Shown here one piece after another: positions 39,944 through 51,168 of a stretch of DNA of 64,000 nucleotides (the first letter of the stretch is position 1; each line of letters starts with the position of its first letter). Made by a program: the position numbers and the translations under genes. The DNA is taken from positions 6,515 through 70,514 of the forward strand of contig JAEZTJ010000083.1 in NCBI GenBank assembly GCA_023421505.1. The letters run 5' to 3'. Source of the DNA: Bacillota bacterium (GTDB lineage: Bacteria; Bacillota; Clostridia; Lachnospirales; Lachnospiraceae). The notes under the pieces are model-generated. The model did not search any database, had not been told where the DNA came from, and was given only the letters and a program-made list of their open reading frames with translations.

Positions 39944-41749
39944 ATGAAGCAGAATAATAGTTTACCAAAAAGAAGTGAAGTGGATAAGAAGTTTACGTGG
40001 GCGATTGAGGATCTCTATGCCTCAGATGATTTATGGCAGAAGGATTATGAAAAGGTTAAGGAAATGCTTAGTAAGGCGGTAGAATACCAGGGAAGACTGT
40101 CTAAATCAGGTGACATTTTATTAAGCTTTCTTCAATTATCCGATGAGATTAATAAGCTACTTGAGCATGTCTATGTATATGCCAATCAAAAGTATCATGA
40201 GGATACAGCAAGTGCAGTTTATCAGGATCTGTCCAACCGGGCTAACGCATTATCTGTACAGGTAAGCAGTGCATTTGCATTTGCAACGCCTGAAATTTTA
40301 ACCATACCGGAGGAAGCTTTTGTACAGTTCTTTCATGAAAATGAAGAGCTTAAGCGTTACGAATTCTATTTGAAGGATATTTTACGATTGAAGCCTCATA
40401 TTCTATCGCAGGAGATGGAGGAATTATTAGCTGATACCGGTGAGATAGCGGAAGCATCCGGTAATATCTTTTCCATGTTCAATAATGCAGATATAAAGTT
40501 CCCTGAGATTAAAGATGAAGACGGTGAGACAGTAAGGATTACACACGGAAGGTATGGACAGCTGTTAGAAAGTAATGATCGCAGGGTAAGAAGAGAAGCC
40601 TTTGAGGGAGTATATGCTACTTATAATAGCTTTCGCAATACACTTGCTGCGGCTTTCAGTGCAAATGTAAAACAGGAGGTCTTTTTTGCTAAGACAAGAA
40701 AATATGCAAGTACGCTGGAAAGAGCACTAGATAGTTCCAATATACCTACTGAAGTTTATACTAACTTAATTGCAGCAGTACATGAAAATATGGGCCTTAT
40801 GCATCGATATATCTCTGTTCGTAAGAAGCTTATGGGCCTTGATGAACTTCATATCTATGATCTTTATGCCCCTTTGGTAGCGGATATCAAAATGGAAATT
40901 CCTTATGAAGAAGCCAAGTCTATTGTAGCAAAGGGCTTAGAGCCTTTGGGAGAAGAATATTTAAGAATTTTAGCTGAGGGCTATAACCATCGTTGGATTG
41001 ATATTTATGAAAATGAAAATAAAAGAAGCGGTGCATATTCCTGGGGAGCTTATGGCACGCATCCTTATGTGCTGCTTAATTATAACGAAACTTTGAATAA
41101 TGTTTTTACTCTTGCGCATGAGATGGGACATGCAATTCACAGCTACTATTCTGACAGAGAACAGCCTTATATCTACGCAGGCTATAAAATATTTGTTGCC
41201 GAGGTAGCATCTACCTGTAACGAAGCGTTACTAATTGATTATATGTTAAAAACCACGGAGGATAAGAAGAAGAAGGCATACTTGATTAATCATTTTCTTG
41301 AGAAATTTAAAGGTACGTTGTTCCGTCAGGCAATGTTTGCGGAATTTGAAATGATTACCCATAAAATGGTTGAAGAGGGTGAAAGCCTGACTGCAGAGGT
41401 TCTTTGCCGGATTTATCATGATCTAAACAAAGCATATTTTGGTGAGGATATCGTGATTGATCAGGACATTGATATGGAATGGTCAAGGATTCCGCATTTT
41501 TATAATGCTTTTTATGTATATCAATATGCGACAGGATATTCTGCGGCAATTGCTTTATCAAGAAGAATATTAAGCGAGGGAGCTCCGGCGGTAAAAGATT
41601 ACATCAAGTTCTTAAGTGGCGGAAGCTCTGATTATCCGATTGAATTACTTAAGGCTGCCGGCGTTGATATGAGCACGAAGGAACCGGTTCATATGGCACT
41701 TCAATTATTTGCAGAGTTATTAGACCAGATGGAGGAATTAATGAAGTAA
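39944..41749 (+). CDS. pepF: Oligoendopeptidase F (M3B)
   Basis: KRSGAYSWG, HEMGH, AEVAST, WSRIPHFY..FYVYQYATG. Confidence 0.95.
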   Translation: MKQNNSLPKRSEVDKKFTWAIEDLYASDDLWQKDYEKVKEMLSKAVEYQGRLSKSGDILLSFLQLSDEINKLLEHVYVYANQKYHEDTASAVYQDLSNRANALSVQVSSAFAFATPEILTIPEEAFVQFFHENEELKRYEFYLKDILRLKPHILSQEMEELLADTGEIAEASGNIFSMFNNADIKFPEIKDEDGETVRITHGRYGQLLESNDRRVRREAFEGVYATYNSFRNTLAAAFSANVKQEVFFAKTRKYASTLERALDSSNIPTEVYTNLIAAVHENMGLMHRYISVRKKLMGLDELHIYDLYAPLVADIKMEIPYEEAKSIVAKGLEPLGEEYLRILAEGYNHRWIDIYENENKRSGAYSWGAYGTHPYVLLNYNETLNNVFTLAHEMGHAIHSYYSDREQPYIYAGYKIFVAEVASTCNEALLIDYMLKTTEDKKKKAYLINHFLEKFKGTLFRQAMFAEFEMITHKMVEEGESLTAEVLCRIYHDLNKAYFGEDIVIDQDIDMEWSRIPHFYNAFYVYQYATGYSAAIALSRRILSEGAPAVKDYIKFLSGGSSDYPIELLKAAGVDMSTKEPVHMALQLFAELLDQMEELMK

Positions 41750-42038
41750 TATTCTGGCTTTTGATAATCTCACGGTTAGTAGTAATAGATTGGCAGGGAG
41801 GCTGTGGAGGAGGATAATACGTAAGCTTTTGTACTTCAAAATAATCCCCTTCACAGTTACGCATGATAAAATATTATTGGAAGTTTAAAAAATTTGATTA
41901 TCGCATTGTTGAGTGTGGTTTCGGATTGAATAGGTAGGAGAAAGAAATAAGCTTGTTTTATTATTATTTCAGGTATATAATCAAGTATTATATTTAAAAA
42001 GATTTAAACTACTAATGATAGAGAATGGATGCGATAAG

Positions 42039-42503
42039 ATGGTTTTAAGAAAAGCGGATGTCAAGGATATTGATGAACTGTTAAAGATTAGGTTGGCGTA
42101 TTTAAATGAGGATTTTGAACTTACCAAGGAGCAAACCGATAAGTTGAAAGAACAGCTGCCCAGTTACTACAAAGAGCATTTGGAGAAGGATATGTTTGCT
42201 TACATTGCCGAAGAGAATGGCGTTGTCGTATCCAGTGTTTTCTTGATTATCATTGAGAGGCCGGCTAATCCTGTTTTTATTACAGGGAAGATCGGAAATA
42301 TTCTTAATGTATATACAGAACCGGAATACAGAAGGCAGGGTTTGGCTGCTAATTTATTAAGTTTAGCGATTGAGGAGGGAAAGACTTTAGATTTATCCTT
42401 TCTGGAGCTAATTGCAACACAGAAAGGGTATCCGCTTTATAAAAAGCTAGGCTTTGTAGATGCAATAGCGCATAATAAGCCTATGAAATTCATGTATCAC
42501 TAA
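42039..42503 (+). CDS. GNAT N-acetyltransferase
   Basis: NVYTEPEYRRQGLA, LYKKLGF. Confidence 0.88.
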   Translation: MVLRKADVKDIDELLKIRLAYLNEDFELTKEQTDKLKEQLPSYYKEHLEKDMFAYIAEENGVVVSSVFLIIIERPANPVFITGKIGNILNVYTEPEYRRQGLAANLLSLAIEEGKTLDLSFLELIATQKGYPLYKKLGFVDAIAHNKPMKFMYH

Positions 42504-42840
42504 GCAAGACAATAAGGAAGCAATATAACTTTAAGAGAATAATATTTTATTGATAATATTACTTATTTATTAAGGTTAGGTGTCATAAACCCCTCGAATA
42601 ATTTGGCTTCGTCATTTGGCACAAGCACTACTTATAACAAAGCGACGAATCACAAAACCTAATATGCTTTTGACCTCCAATCTTATTTATAAAACTTATA
42701 CATAATTGGCAAAATAGAACTTTATTTATCTTATTTCTTGTTGAAATGTTAATATTGAATACGATAGTAACCGGGTGTATGATAATTATATGCACAGATA
42801 CAATTACAGATTTAGGGATATTATTAGGTTACAAAGACTG

Positions 42841-42908
42841 AGCCATCATTAATAGCTTTTCTTTATCTTTCGAGGGAGAATTGACTGTTAATTATGGCTT
42901 TTTTATTT
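42841..42908 (+). terminator. Terminator-like long hairpin in the leader of the AnfO-like gene
   Basis: agccat-cattaatag ... ctgttaat-tatggct followed by tttttatttt, about 60 nt before the start. Confidence 0.55.
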
Positions 42909-42967
42909 TAAATCAATACGCAAAGGAAAATATAGGAAAGAAAAATATAAGAAAGAAGGTGTATAGT

Positions 42968-43585
42968 TTGATTGCAGTATATATTAATGAAGCCGGCAAT
43001 ACAGCCTCAATAAAAGAACAGGGCTTTGTTCGAGTGTATCATATAGAGGATAAGGAATGGAAGGTCGCTTTGGAGTTCCCTTTTCATGCAAATATTAATT
43101 CAAGAATATCTGAAGTTAGACAGACAATGATAGAGATGGTTCAAAAAATAAGCACATGTAAGGTATTTGTCGCCAAAGAGGTAGTAGGTCAGCTTTATTA
43201 TATATTGGAAGCAAATGGTTTTGAAAGCTTTGAAGCGGAGGGAAGACCGGAACAATTTTTAGATTCCGTATGTCATACGATAGAACAGGATTCTATAGAT
43301 AAGACAGAGGTTATGCGTAATTCTCAAACCTCTATTATAAAAGCAACAGACCGGGAAGGTGTATATATGATAAATCTGAAAAAAGTACTTAATTCAGACT
43401 GTTCCTTAACCTCTAAAAAGCTGTTATTCTCCTTCCTTCAGCAAAAGGAATTTCTTTCTCTGGAGGTAATATGTGATCATATACCAAAATGGTTTGATAT
43501 TGAATTTCCAAGAATGGGACTAAGCTATATTAAGGATACCTATCATGAAAGTGAAATAAGGGTATATGTTACTGCGAATGAATAA
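42968..43585 (+). CDS. AnfO-family (Fe-only nitrogenase accessory) protein
   Basis: IAVYINEAGNTAS...G.V.VY...W, CKVFVA, LTSKKLL, LEVICDHIPKWF pattern. TTG start after aagaaggt. Confidence 0.75.
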   Translation: MIAVYINEAGNTASIKEQGFVRVYHIEDKEWKVALEFPFHANINSRISEVRQTMIEMVQKISTCKVFVAKEVVGQLYYILEANGFESFEAEGRPEQFLDSVCHTIEQDSIDKTEVMRNSQTSIIKATDREGVYMINLKKVLNSDCSLTSKKLLFSFLQQKEFLSLEVICDHIPKWFDIEFPRMGLSYIKDTYHESEIRVYVTANE

Positions 43586-43672
43586 TGCTGTTTATAGAAA
43601 CCCCGCCATAACAGAGCGAATATCGACGTACTGAAATAGGATCAATTAAGGTGTCTGCAACCATTTAATTCG

Positions 43673-45007
43673 CTATACGATAACTAACCCGTGTTTGTAT
43701 TCACTTGATACAGGAGTTTTGAATTTTTCATAAACAGCCTGATGATAAAGATGTGCTGCGGTTATATCTTCAGAAAGCATTTGTAGTCCCAAGGAAGTAA
43801 GCTGCTTGTCTGCCTTTGATACCTTTGTTATTATTGGTAGCTTGCTGGTTTTTTCGATATACGTAAGGAGAGGGGAGGATTGCTTTTTAAGACCCAATAT
43901 TCTTGCATATTGAGTGTAACCCGCCGTGTTATAATTCTTAACGTTTTCCGTCCGAATATTAAGCAGTAGATGGATTAGAGCACGGTTAATACGCGTCAAA
44001 GTCATATTCTTTGTCTTTATACTTTGAGCAAGATTAGAGATAGTTTGATTAAAATTCGGTATTTTTTTCAAGCGGTCAGCTAAATCACCTGTTATATCTA
44101 AGTAGCTAGTAAGAGCGTTCTTATCCTCTGTAAGTAGTTTGTATTTAAAGAGGATTGAAAAGTCTTCCTCTGTAATTGGAAATGTTTTTAAATAATTGCT
44201 CTGTAAAATTTGATAAACCTCATCGGGAACGCTACTTTTCATTTTCTTAAAGCTATCATGAATATCTTGGGTTTCCTGTACCATAGATCTTCGTATAGCT
44301 GTAGCCGAGCTGATAAGCATCTTGTTCGGAAACAGATTGTCAACGAATTGCTTGCTAGTCAGGGAAAGATCAGGTTCAGCCAATTCATCAGCCAGATTGA
44401 TGTCATGATAATGATTAGATATTCTTTTGATTGTAAGAGGGCTGATATTAGACCGAAAATGAAGGAGTGCTTTTAGATATTCTATCCCCAGAATATTATT
44501 CGGCTCAGAAAGTACTTTAGTTAGTGATTGTACATTAGCTATACCCGTCTCATTAAACGATTCTGTAATTGCTTTCAGTCTTGCGGCCGGATAAGTTAAG
44601 CCTTCCTTTAAATAGGATTGAATACTATTATCATAAGATTTTGGAACATCAATTAAATATTTAGCTGCTTCCATTAATAGACTAATATCCCCGCTCTCGC
44701 TGCCAAAGCAGAGATAATCTACAATCCCCAGCTTATGAAGCAAAGAGACGGCGCCGTAAGCGAAAAACTCTGCACTTCCTGTGGCATAACAGACAGGTAG
44801 TTCTAGTACCAGATCAACTCCGTTTCGTAATGCCATCTCTGTTCTTAAGTATTTATCGATGACAGCAGGAGCACCTCTTTGTACAAAATCGCCGCTCATT
44901 ACGACGATTACATAATCCGCTCCGGATAGACGCCTTGCTTCATCAATATGATATTTGTGTCCATTATGAAAGGGATTATATTCAGTAATCAGGCCTACAG
45001 TTTTCAT
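43673..45007 (-). CDS. tmcAL: tRNA(Met) cytidine acetate ligase / YlbM-family nucleotidyltransferase
   Basis: EYNPFHNGH, MSGDFVQRG, FGSE, PNNILGIEY, SATAIR. Confidence 0.9.
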   Translation of the reverse strand: MKTVGLITEYNPFHNGHKYHIDEARRLSGADYVIVVMSGDFVQRGAPAVIDKYLRTEMALRNGVDLVLELPVCYATGSAEFFAYGAVSLLHKLGIVDYLCFGSESGDISLLMEAAKYLIDVPKSYDNSIQSYLKEGLTYPAARLKAITESFNETGIANVQSLTKVLSEPNNILGIEYLKALLHFRSNISPLTIKRISNHYHDINLADELAEPDLSLTSKQFVDNLFPNKMLISSATAIRRSMVQETQDIHDSFKKMKSSVPDEVYQILQSNYLKTFPITEEDFSILFKYKLLTEDKNALTSYLDITGDLADRLKKIPNFNQTISNLAQSIKTKNMTLTRINRALIHLLLNIRTENVKNYNTAGYTQYARILGLKKQSSPLLTYIEKTSKLPIITKVSKADKQLTSLGLQMLSEDITAAHLYHQAVYEKFKTPVSSEYKHGLVIV

Positions 45008-45279
45008 GGGGTTTTTGCTCCTTACCATTAACTAACGCTTCGATTCAGTATTGGTAGTTCGTACATTCATGTAGATTGCAGCTTTGTAATTTTTATTTAT
45101 CTAAAGACGATAATATCAGTTATTTTTAACGACGTCAATTGCAGCTATTCTCTAATCTATAAGAAAGGATACCATAATGAATATTATAGTATCCTCAGAA
45201 AACCAATTTATGAATTATTCTTTAACGTATTCTAAAATGCAGGATTATACAGTTACAAGTGATTATATTATGGTAGATA

Positions 45280-46995
45280 TTATTCATTTATTTTCATAAC
45301 ATAATTAACTCCGGGAGATAATTTTGCTGTGAACCGGGTTCCTTTATTGCTTGGACTACCATTTAATGACATCCCATTCTCCAAATCGATAAGCTTAGCA
45401 TTTTCCTTATTGACAATAACAGATATTTCGGTTATGTATGGCTTGAAGGAACGTAGGATAAAGGTATCATTATCATATACAAAAAGTGCAACCATAGGAT
45501 CACCCTCCAGAACGACAGGCAATTCTTTGCTTATTATAGCTCTTAATGAATTTATTACGGGTACAGGGTAATGATATAGATCACCTTGGTCGTCGGGGAT
45601 GGTGATAACAAAAAGTCTGCCTTTTGAATAGGAGGTTTTCATTATGATAGGGAAATTGTTATCCTCGCCGTATCCGCCGGCTATCTGCCACACATCATTG
45701 GTGAAGAATTGAGGCTGAGTTAGCAGGACTGCCTTTGAAGACTCATAACAGCCGTGTAGTGTTATTCCGCCATCATTAGAACACATGTAATGGTTGATCA
45801 AAGCTTTTTTACTTGTATAAGCTATATGAGCAAGCTCTTTAAAAGCTTCACCCAATCGTGTTACAAGCCCTGAGGTAACGATAACATCTGCTCCGGAGCT
45901 AAGACTTTCTTTTATTTTGGTTATAATATTAGTATCCTGTCCTGCATTTTCAGTTAGGAAAATAACCTTGGAATCGACAGGATATTCCGGGTAAGGCTCT
46001 AAGGGTATGCCGCACATTCCTATATAATTGTGCAGATAGTCCTCTCCGTAGCTGTGATAGGGTATATAACAAGAAACCCCGATGGGATTGCCAAGCGATG
46101 AGAAATAGTTATCGATATCTTCGAATGCCTGTCCAACTGCAGGTGGGAAAACTGTATAAGACTTATCGTTGATTAAAGAGCCAAGACAGAACAGCATGGC
46201 TTCTCTTGCTTTGGCGAATAATGTCAAGTATCCCTGATCTAAATAGGAGGTGAGATTATAGCTGCATTCGTAGGGATCGAACCAACCGCCTAGATTTCTA
46301 TCTGGTGCTACATTTTCAAGATATCTCATAACAAAATAACTTAAATACTTCGGAAGATGCTGTTGGGTATAGGTAGGATTACGGGTCTCTGTACCGGTAT
46401 AAATATAATCAAAAACCTTAGGCTCATCTTCTAGGTTATAACCGGAATCCTGATAATGCTCATACCAGTTTGGATATTTGATAATAGCCTTAATCTTCGG
46501 ATTAACCTGCTTTGCTGTCTTTACTATAATGTTTTCCGCAAAATCGTTCATTAGCTCCAGACGAAATTGAGACCACGAACGATCTCCCTTAGCTTGAATG
46601 CAAGCATCGCAACGACAGTTTGTAAAATAAAAATCATCCAGAATAAATTCATCAAATATTTCTGCTGTAAGTGTTACAACATTCTTCATAAGGGTTTTAG
46701 TTACTTCCGAAGTATAGCATAATTGAGTAAAGCCGCCCTCCAAATGATTATGTGCAGCATCGGTAGTTATACCACCAGCAACTATTACACACTTTTGTTC
46801 AAAAAAAGCTTTTACCTTAAGCATTTGTTCTTTGTCTATCGTTACGCCTCCGCGATAGGTTTCAAGGTAGACTTTTCCGATTTTGATATTCTTCTCGAGC
46901 AGCTGAAACCTGCGGTTAAAATCGTCAAAATCTGTTATGGAAATAAGATTGAAAACAGGACAATATAAACTTGCATTAAAATGCTTGTACCCCAT
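45280..46995 (-). CDS. Uncharacterised TIM-barrel protein, glycoside-hydrolase-like
   Basis: DDFYFTNCRCDAC Cys cluster reminiscent of GH42, plus GTETR motif. SD aaggagg suits ATG 46995. Confidence 0.55.
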   Translation of the reverse strand: MGYKHFNASLYCPVFNLISITDFDDFNRRFQLLEKNIKIGKVYLETYRGGVTIDKEQMLKVKAFFEQKCVIVAGGITTDAAHNHLEGGFTQLCYTSEVTKTLMKNVVTLTAEIFDEFILDDFYFTNCRCDACIQAKGDRSWSQFRLELMNDFAENIIVKTAKQVNPKIKAIIKYPNWYEHYQDSGYNLEDEPKVFDYIYTGTETRNPTYTQQHLPKYLSYFVMRYLENVAPDRNLGGWFDPYECSYNLTSYLDQGYLTLFAKAREAMLFCLGSLINDKSYTVFPPAVGQAFEDIDNYFSSLGNPIGVSCYIPYHSYGEDYLHNYIGMCGIPLEPYPEYPVDSKVIFLTENAGQDTNIITKIKESLSSGADVIVTSGLVTRLGEAFKELAHIAYTSKKALINHYMCSNDGGITLHGCYESSKAVLLTQPQFFTNDVWQIAGGYGEDNNFPIIMKTSYSKGRLFVITIPDDQGDLYHYPVPVINSLRAIISKELPVVLEGDPMVALFVYDNDTFILRSFKPYITEISVIVNKENAKLIDLENGMSLNGSPSNKGTRFTAKLSPGVNYVMKINE

Positions 46996-47255
46996 ATACA
47001 TTACCTCCTTAGATTAATCAAAATGATATATGATAAGACTATAATTGTGGATAGTCTGACTTTATAAATAGTTAAATAAGTAGTCAGTTACGATTAAATT
47101 CGTCAGGATCAGATACCATGCAATTATAGGTAAATTGTATAGAAATATCAGATAATCAACAATGGTTATTCTACGCATTCATATGGAGAATCTTATATGA
47201 GAAAAAATTACATTTAGGCCCGCCGGAAATGTCAAAAGAGTACTGCAGGTCTCGC

Positions 47256-47291
47256 AAGCGAGCCAAATAAGCAGCGAAGAAATGAGGTGAA
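47256..47291 (+). repeat. 36-bp repeat, copy 2, overlapping hairpin ctcgc-aa-gcgag
   Basis: 32/36 identical to 27764-27799. Confidence 0.7.
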
Positions 47292-47481
47292 ACAGGAATA
47301 GTTTTCACGATTTATGCTGAAATGGTAGAGATATCGTTTGATTATATAAAACGCATAAATAAACTGAAAAATTGACCAACATTTTTCTACAAAATGTACT
47401 TGTAACTGCTAGATATTTGTCTTATAATAAAAACTATTGGTTTAACAAATTATATTATAATAATACAAAAAGAGATGTTAA

Positions 47482-48492
<1,011 letters not shown>

Positions 48493-48650
48493 CAAATTTT
48501 TAGAAGCTTATATGAATAATATTAATAAAATATCAGGCTTATTTTAGAATTCAATAGATAGAATAAAACAGCTCAGTATTGGAAAGGCAGAAAGAAGATA
48601 TGTTATGATAGCTGCTTTTCTATTAAACTTAAAAGTGAGGTAATTAGAAA

Positions 48651-49847
48651 ATGAAAGTATTGGTAATTAATTGTGGCAGCTCTTCCTTAAAGTACCAATT
48701 AATTGATTCCGACAGCGAGAAGGTTTTAGCAGTCGGTATCTGTGAAAGAATCGGACAAGATGTCAGCTATTTAAAGCATACACCAAATGGTGGCGAGAAG
48801 GTTGTTATTGAAGCATCTATGAAAAATCATGATGTAGCTGTACAGATGGTACTGGATGCTTTAACTGATGCAAAGCACGGTGTAATTAAGGCACTCGATG
48901 AGATAGGTGCAGTTGGACACAGAGTTGTACATGGGGGCGAGAAATTTTCTGCTTCTACCCTTATTACTGATGAAGTGATAAAAGCGATCGAAGAGTGTAA
49001 CGATTTGGCACCTCTTCATAATCCGGCTAATTTAATTGGTATTCATGCATGTGCAAAACTGATGAAGGGTGTTCCGATGGTAGGAGTGTTTGACACTGCT
49101 TTCCATCAGACTATGCCGCCGAAGGCTTATCTGTATGGTCTTCCTTATGAGTATTATGATAATTATAAAATTCGTAAATATGGTTTTCATGGCACCAGTC
49201 ACAGCTTTGTATCAAAGAGAACCGCTGATTATTTAGGCTTGGACATTAATAATTCAAAAATTATAGTATGCCATCTGGGTAATGGAGCAAGTATTTCAGC
49301 AGTATTAAACGGAAAATCTGTTGATACCAGTATGGGCTTCACTCCTTTAGCAGGTCTTGTTATGGGAACCAGAAGCGGTGATATCGATCCGTCCATTATA
49401 GATTTCATTGCCAAGAAAGAAAATAAATCTATTGATGAGATTATGAATTTACTCAACAAACAGTCCGGTGTTCAGGGTATGTCTGATGTATCCAGTGATT
49501 TTAGAGATATTAATGCAGCTATGGACAGCGGAAATGAGAAAGCGATTGCTGCATTTGATGTATTTGTTTACCGTGTTGCTAAGTATATCGGAGGATATGT
49601 GGCAGCAATGAATGGTGTTGACGCAATTGCATTTACTGCAGGTGTTGGTGAAAATGACCATAAGGTTAGAGAATTTGTATGTAGTTATCTTGGATACTTA
49701 GGTGTAACCTTGGATTTAGAAAAGAACAAGGCTAGAGGAGAAGAGATCACTCTTACGACACCGGATTCCAAAGTTAAAGTTTGTATCATCCCTACGAATG
49801 AAGAGTTAGCAATAGCAAGAGAGACAGTTGAAATATTAAATAAATAA
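48651..49847 (+). CDS. ackA: Acetate kinase
   Basis: VINCGSSSLK, GHRVVHGGE, APLHNP, HLGNGAS, TNEEL. Confidence 0.97.
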   Translation: MKVLVINCGSSSLKYQLIDSDSEKVLAVGICERIGQDVSYLKHTPNGGEKVVIEASMKNHDVAVQMVLDALTDAKHGVIKALDEIGAVGHRVVHGGEKFSASTLITDEVIKAIEECNDLAPLHNPANLIGIHACAKLMKGVPMVGVFDTAFHQTMPPKAYLYGLPYEYYDNYKIRKYGFHGTSHSFVSKRTADYLGLDINNSKIIVCHLGNGASISAVLNGKSVDTSMGFTPLAGLVMGTRSGDIDPSIIDFIAKKENKSIDEIMNLLNKQSGVQGMSDVSSDFRDINAAMDSGNEKAIAAFDVFVYRVAKYIGGYVAAMNGVDAIAFTAGVGENDHKVREFVCSYLGYLGVTLDLEKNKARGEEITLTTPDSKVKVCIIPTNEELAIARETVEILNK

Positions 49848-49892
49848 CATAATAAGAATTATCTGGAATTATGTAGGTTTATTATTTTTTGA

Positions 49893-49921
49893 TTGACAAA
49901 TAATAACACAGTAGGTATAAT
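49893..49921 (+). promoter_or_regulatory. Consensus SigA promoter of yceD-rpmF
   Basis: TTGACA-17-TATAAT. Confidence 0.85.
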
Positions 49922-50027
49922 ACAAGAAGTGCGTTGAGAGTTCAGTAAGCTGATACTTGAAAACACAGTTGAATAGTGAATTTATTTTATTATTTGACCA
50001 TGCAGTGAATATTCGGAGAGATTACTA

Positions 50028-50555
50028 ATGCTTATATCTTTGTCAGAGTTAATGACCACGAAGGATAAAGTAATGCAAATCGATGCCCCTATAGAATTGG
50101 AGACGTTTGATTATCAAGGAACTTCTTATCAGTTTGCTAAGAAGGAGCCAGTTAAGCTGACACTTACCAATCTTGGTAACAGGGTTGTGATGATTGAGGG
50201 CAGCGCGAATATTTCTCTGACCCTGTTCTGCAGCAGATGTTTGAAGGAGATTGTCTATCCAATGAACATCGAATTCCAGAAGGAGCTTGATTTTAATCTT
50301 TCGGAAGAAGAGCGAGCAGAGGGTTTGGATGAAACAAATTATATTATTGGATACAGTCTGGATGTAGACACATTAATTTATGATGAAATTTTAATTGGTT
50401 TTCCCATGAAGCTTTTATGTAGTGAGGATTGCAAAGGTCTATGCTTAAGTTGCGGAACTAATTTAAATGAGAAGACTTGTGACTGCGATAATTTTAGTTT
50501 TGATCCCAGAATGTCAGTAATCCGAGATATCTTCAAAAATTTTAAGGAGGTGTGA
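50028..50555 (+). CDS. DUF177/YceD family protein
   Basis: CSRCL, PMKLLCSEDCKGLC..CG.NLN...CDC, DPR; precedes rpmF. Confidence 0.92.
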   Translation: MLISLSELMTTKDKVMQIDAPIELETFDYQGTSYQFAKKEPVKLTLTNLGNRVVMIEGSANISLTLFCSRCLKEIVYPMNIEFQKELDFNLSEEERAEGLDETNYIIGYSLDVDTLIYDEILIGFPMKLLCSEDCKGLCLSCGTNLNEKTCDCDNFSFDPRMSVIRDIFKNFKEV

Positions 50556-50557
50556 CA

Positions 50558-50740
50558 ATGTCTATTTGTCCTAAAGGTAAACATTCAAAAGCTAGAAGAG
50601 ATAGCCGTAGAGCTAACTGGAAAATGAGTGCTCCTAACTTGGTTAAGTGCAGCAAATGCGGAGAACTTATGGTTCCTCATAGAGTATGTAAGGCTTGTGG
50701 TTCTTACAATAAGAAGGAAATCATTTCTTCAGCAGAATAA
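50558..50740 (+). CDS. rpmF: 50S ribosomal protein L32
   Basis: PKGKHSKARRDSRRA, CSKCG...PHRVCKACG.Y; SD aaggaggt. Confidence 0.96.
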   Translation: MSICPKGKHSKARRDSRRANWKMSAPNLVKCSKCGELMVPHRVCKACGSYNKKEIISSAE

Positions 50741-50749
50741 TAGTAAAAG

Positions 50750-50785
50750 TAAGGCTTTCCGAAGTTTTTCGGAAAGCCTTTTTTA
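50750..50785 (+). terminator. Intrinsic terminator after rpmF
   Basis: aaggctttccgaa-gttt-ttcggaaagcctt followed by tttt. Confidence 0.85.
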
Positions 50786-50897
50786 TGGGTTTATATCAAT
50801 TTTCCAGTAATTTGGATAGCTAAAGTACAAATGTAACATTTTTAAAAGAAAATTAATAAAATTGACGAAAAGTAGACATCTTCTATATATATAGTAA

Positions 50898-51124
50898 TAG
50901 TGTGAATAGTCTTGCAAAAGACATGCAGGTCCAAAGCCTCGCATACGAGGCTTATAAAGAATAGCAAAAGGCGCTATTCTTCAGGGTTTATGCCCAAAAG
51001 GCATGGGCGATAGTGTGAATTATTGAAAAGCATAATTCACACTTGGAAGTCTTTGCCTGTGTAACCAAAGTATGCAAGTGCACTTGGCGCAAGCTAATTC
51101 AAAGGGCAGGCATGTTACGTTAGT
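50898..51124 (+). repeat. Modular palindromic repeat, locus 4 (113-bp C unit plus 110-bp A-B unit)
   Basis: TAGTGTGAAT at 50898 and 51011, TAGT again at 51121. Confidence 0.92.
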
Positions 51125-51168
51125 ATGGTCGATTATATCATGACGGATAAATAATTTATTATGAAGGT

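Noticed and set aside
42619..42634. Sigma-54 promoter (TGGCAC) upstream of the AnfO-like gene
   Set aside because: The -12 TTGC element is missing at the required spacing.
47430..47450. Rex operator upstream of pta-ackA
   Set aside because: Only one half-site (ttaacaa) is present.
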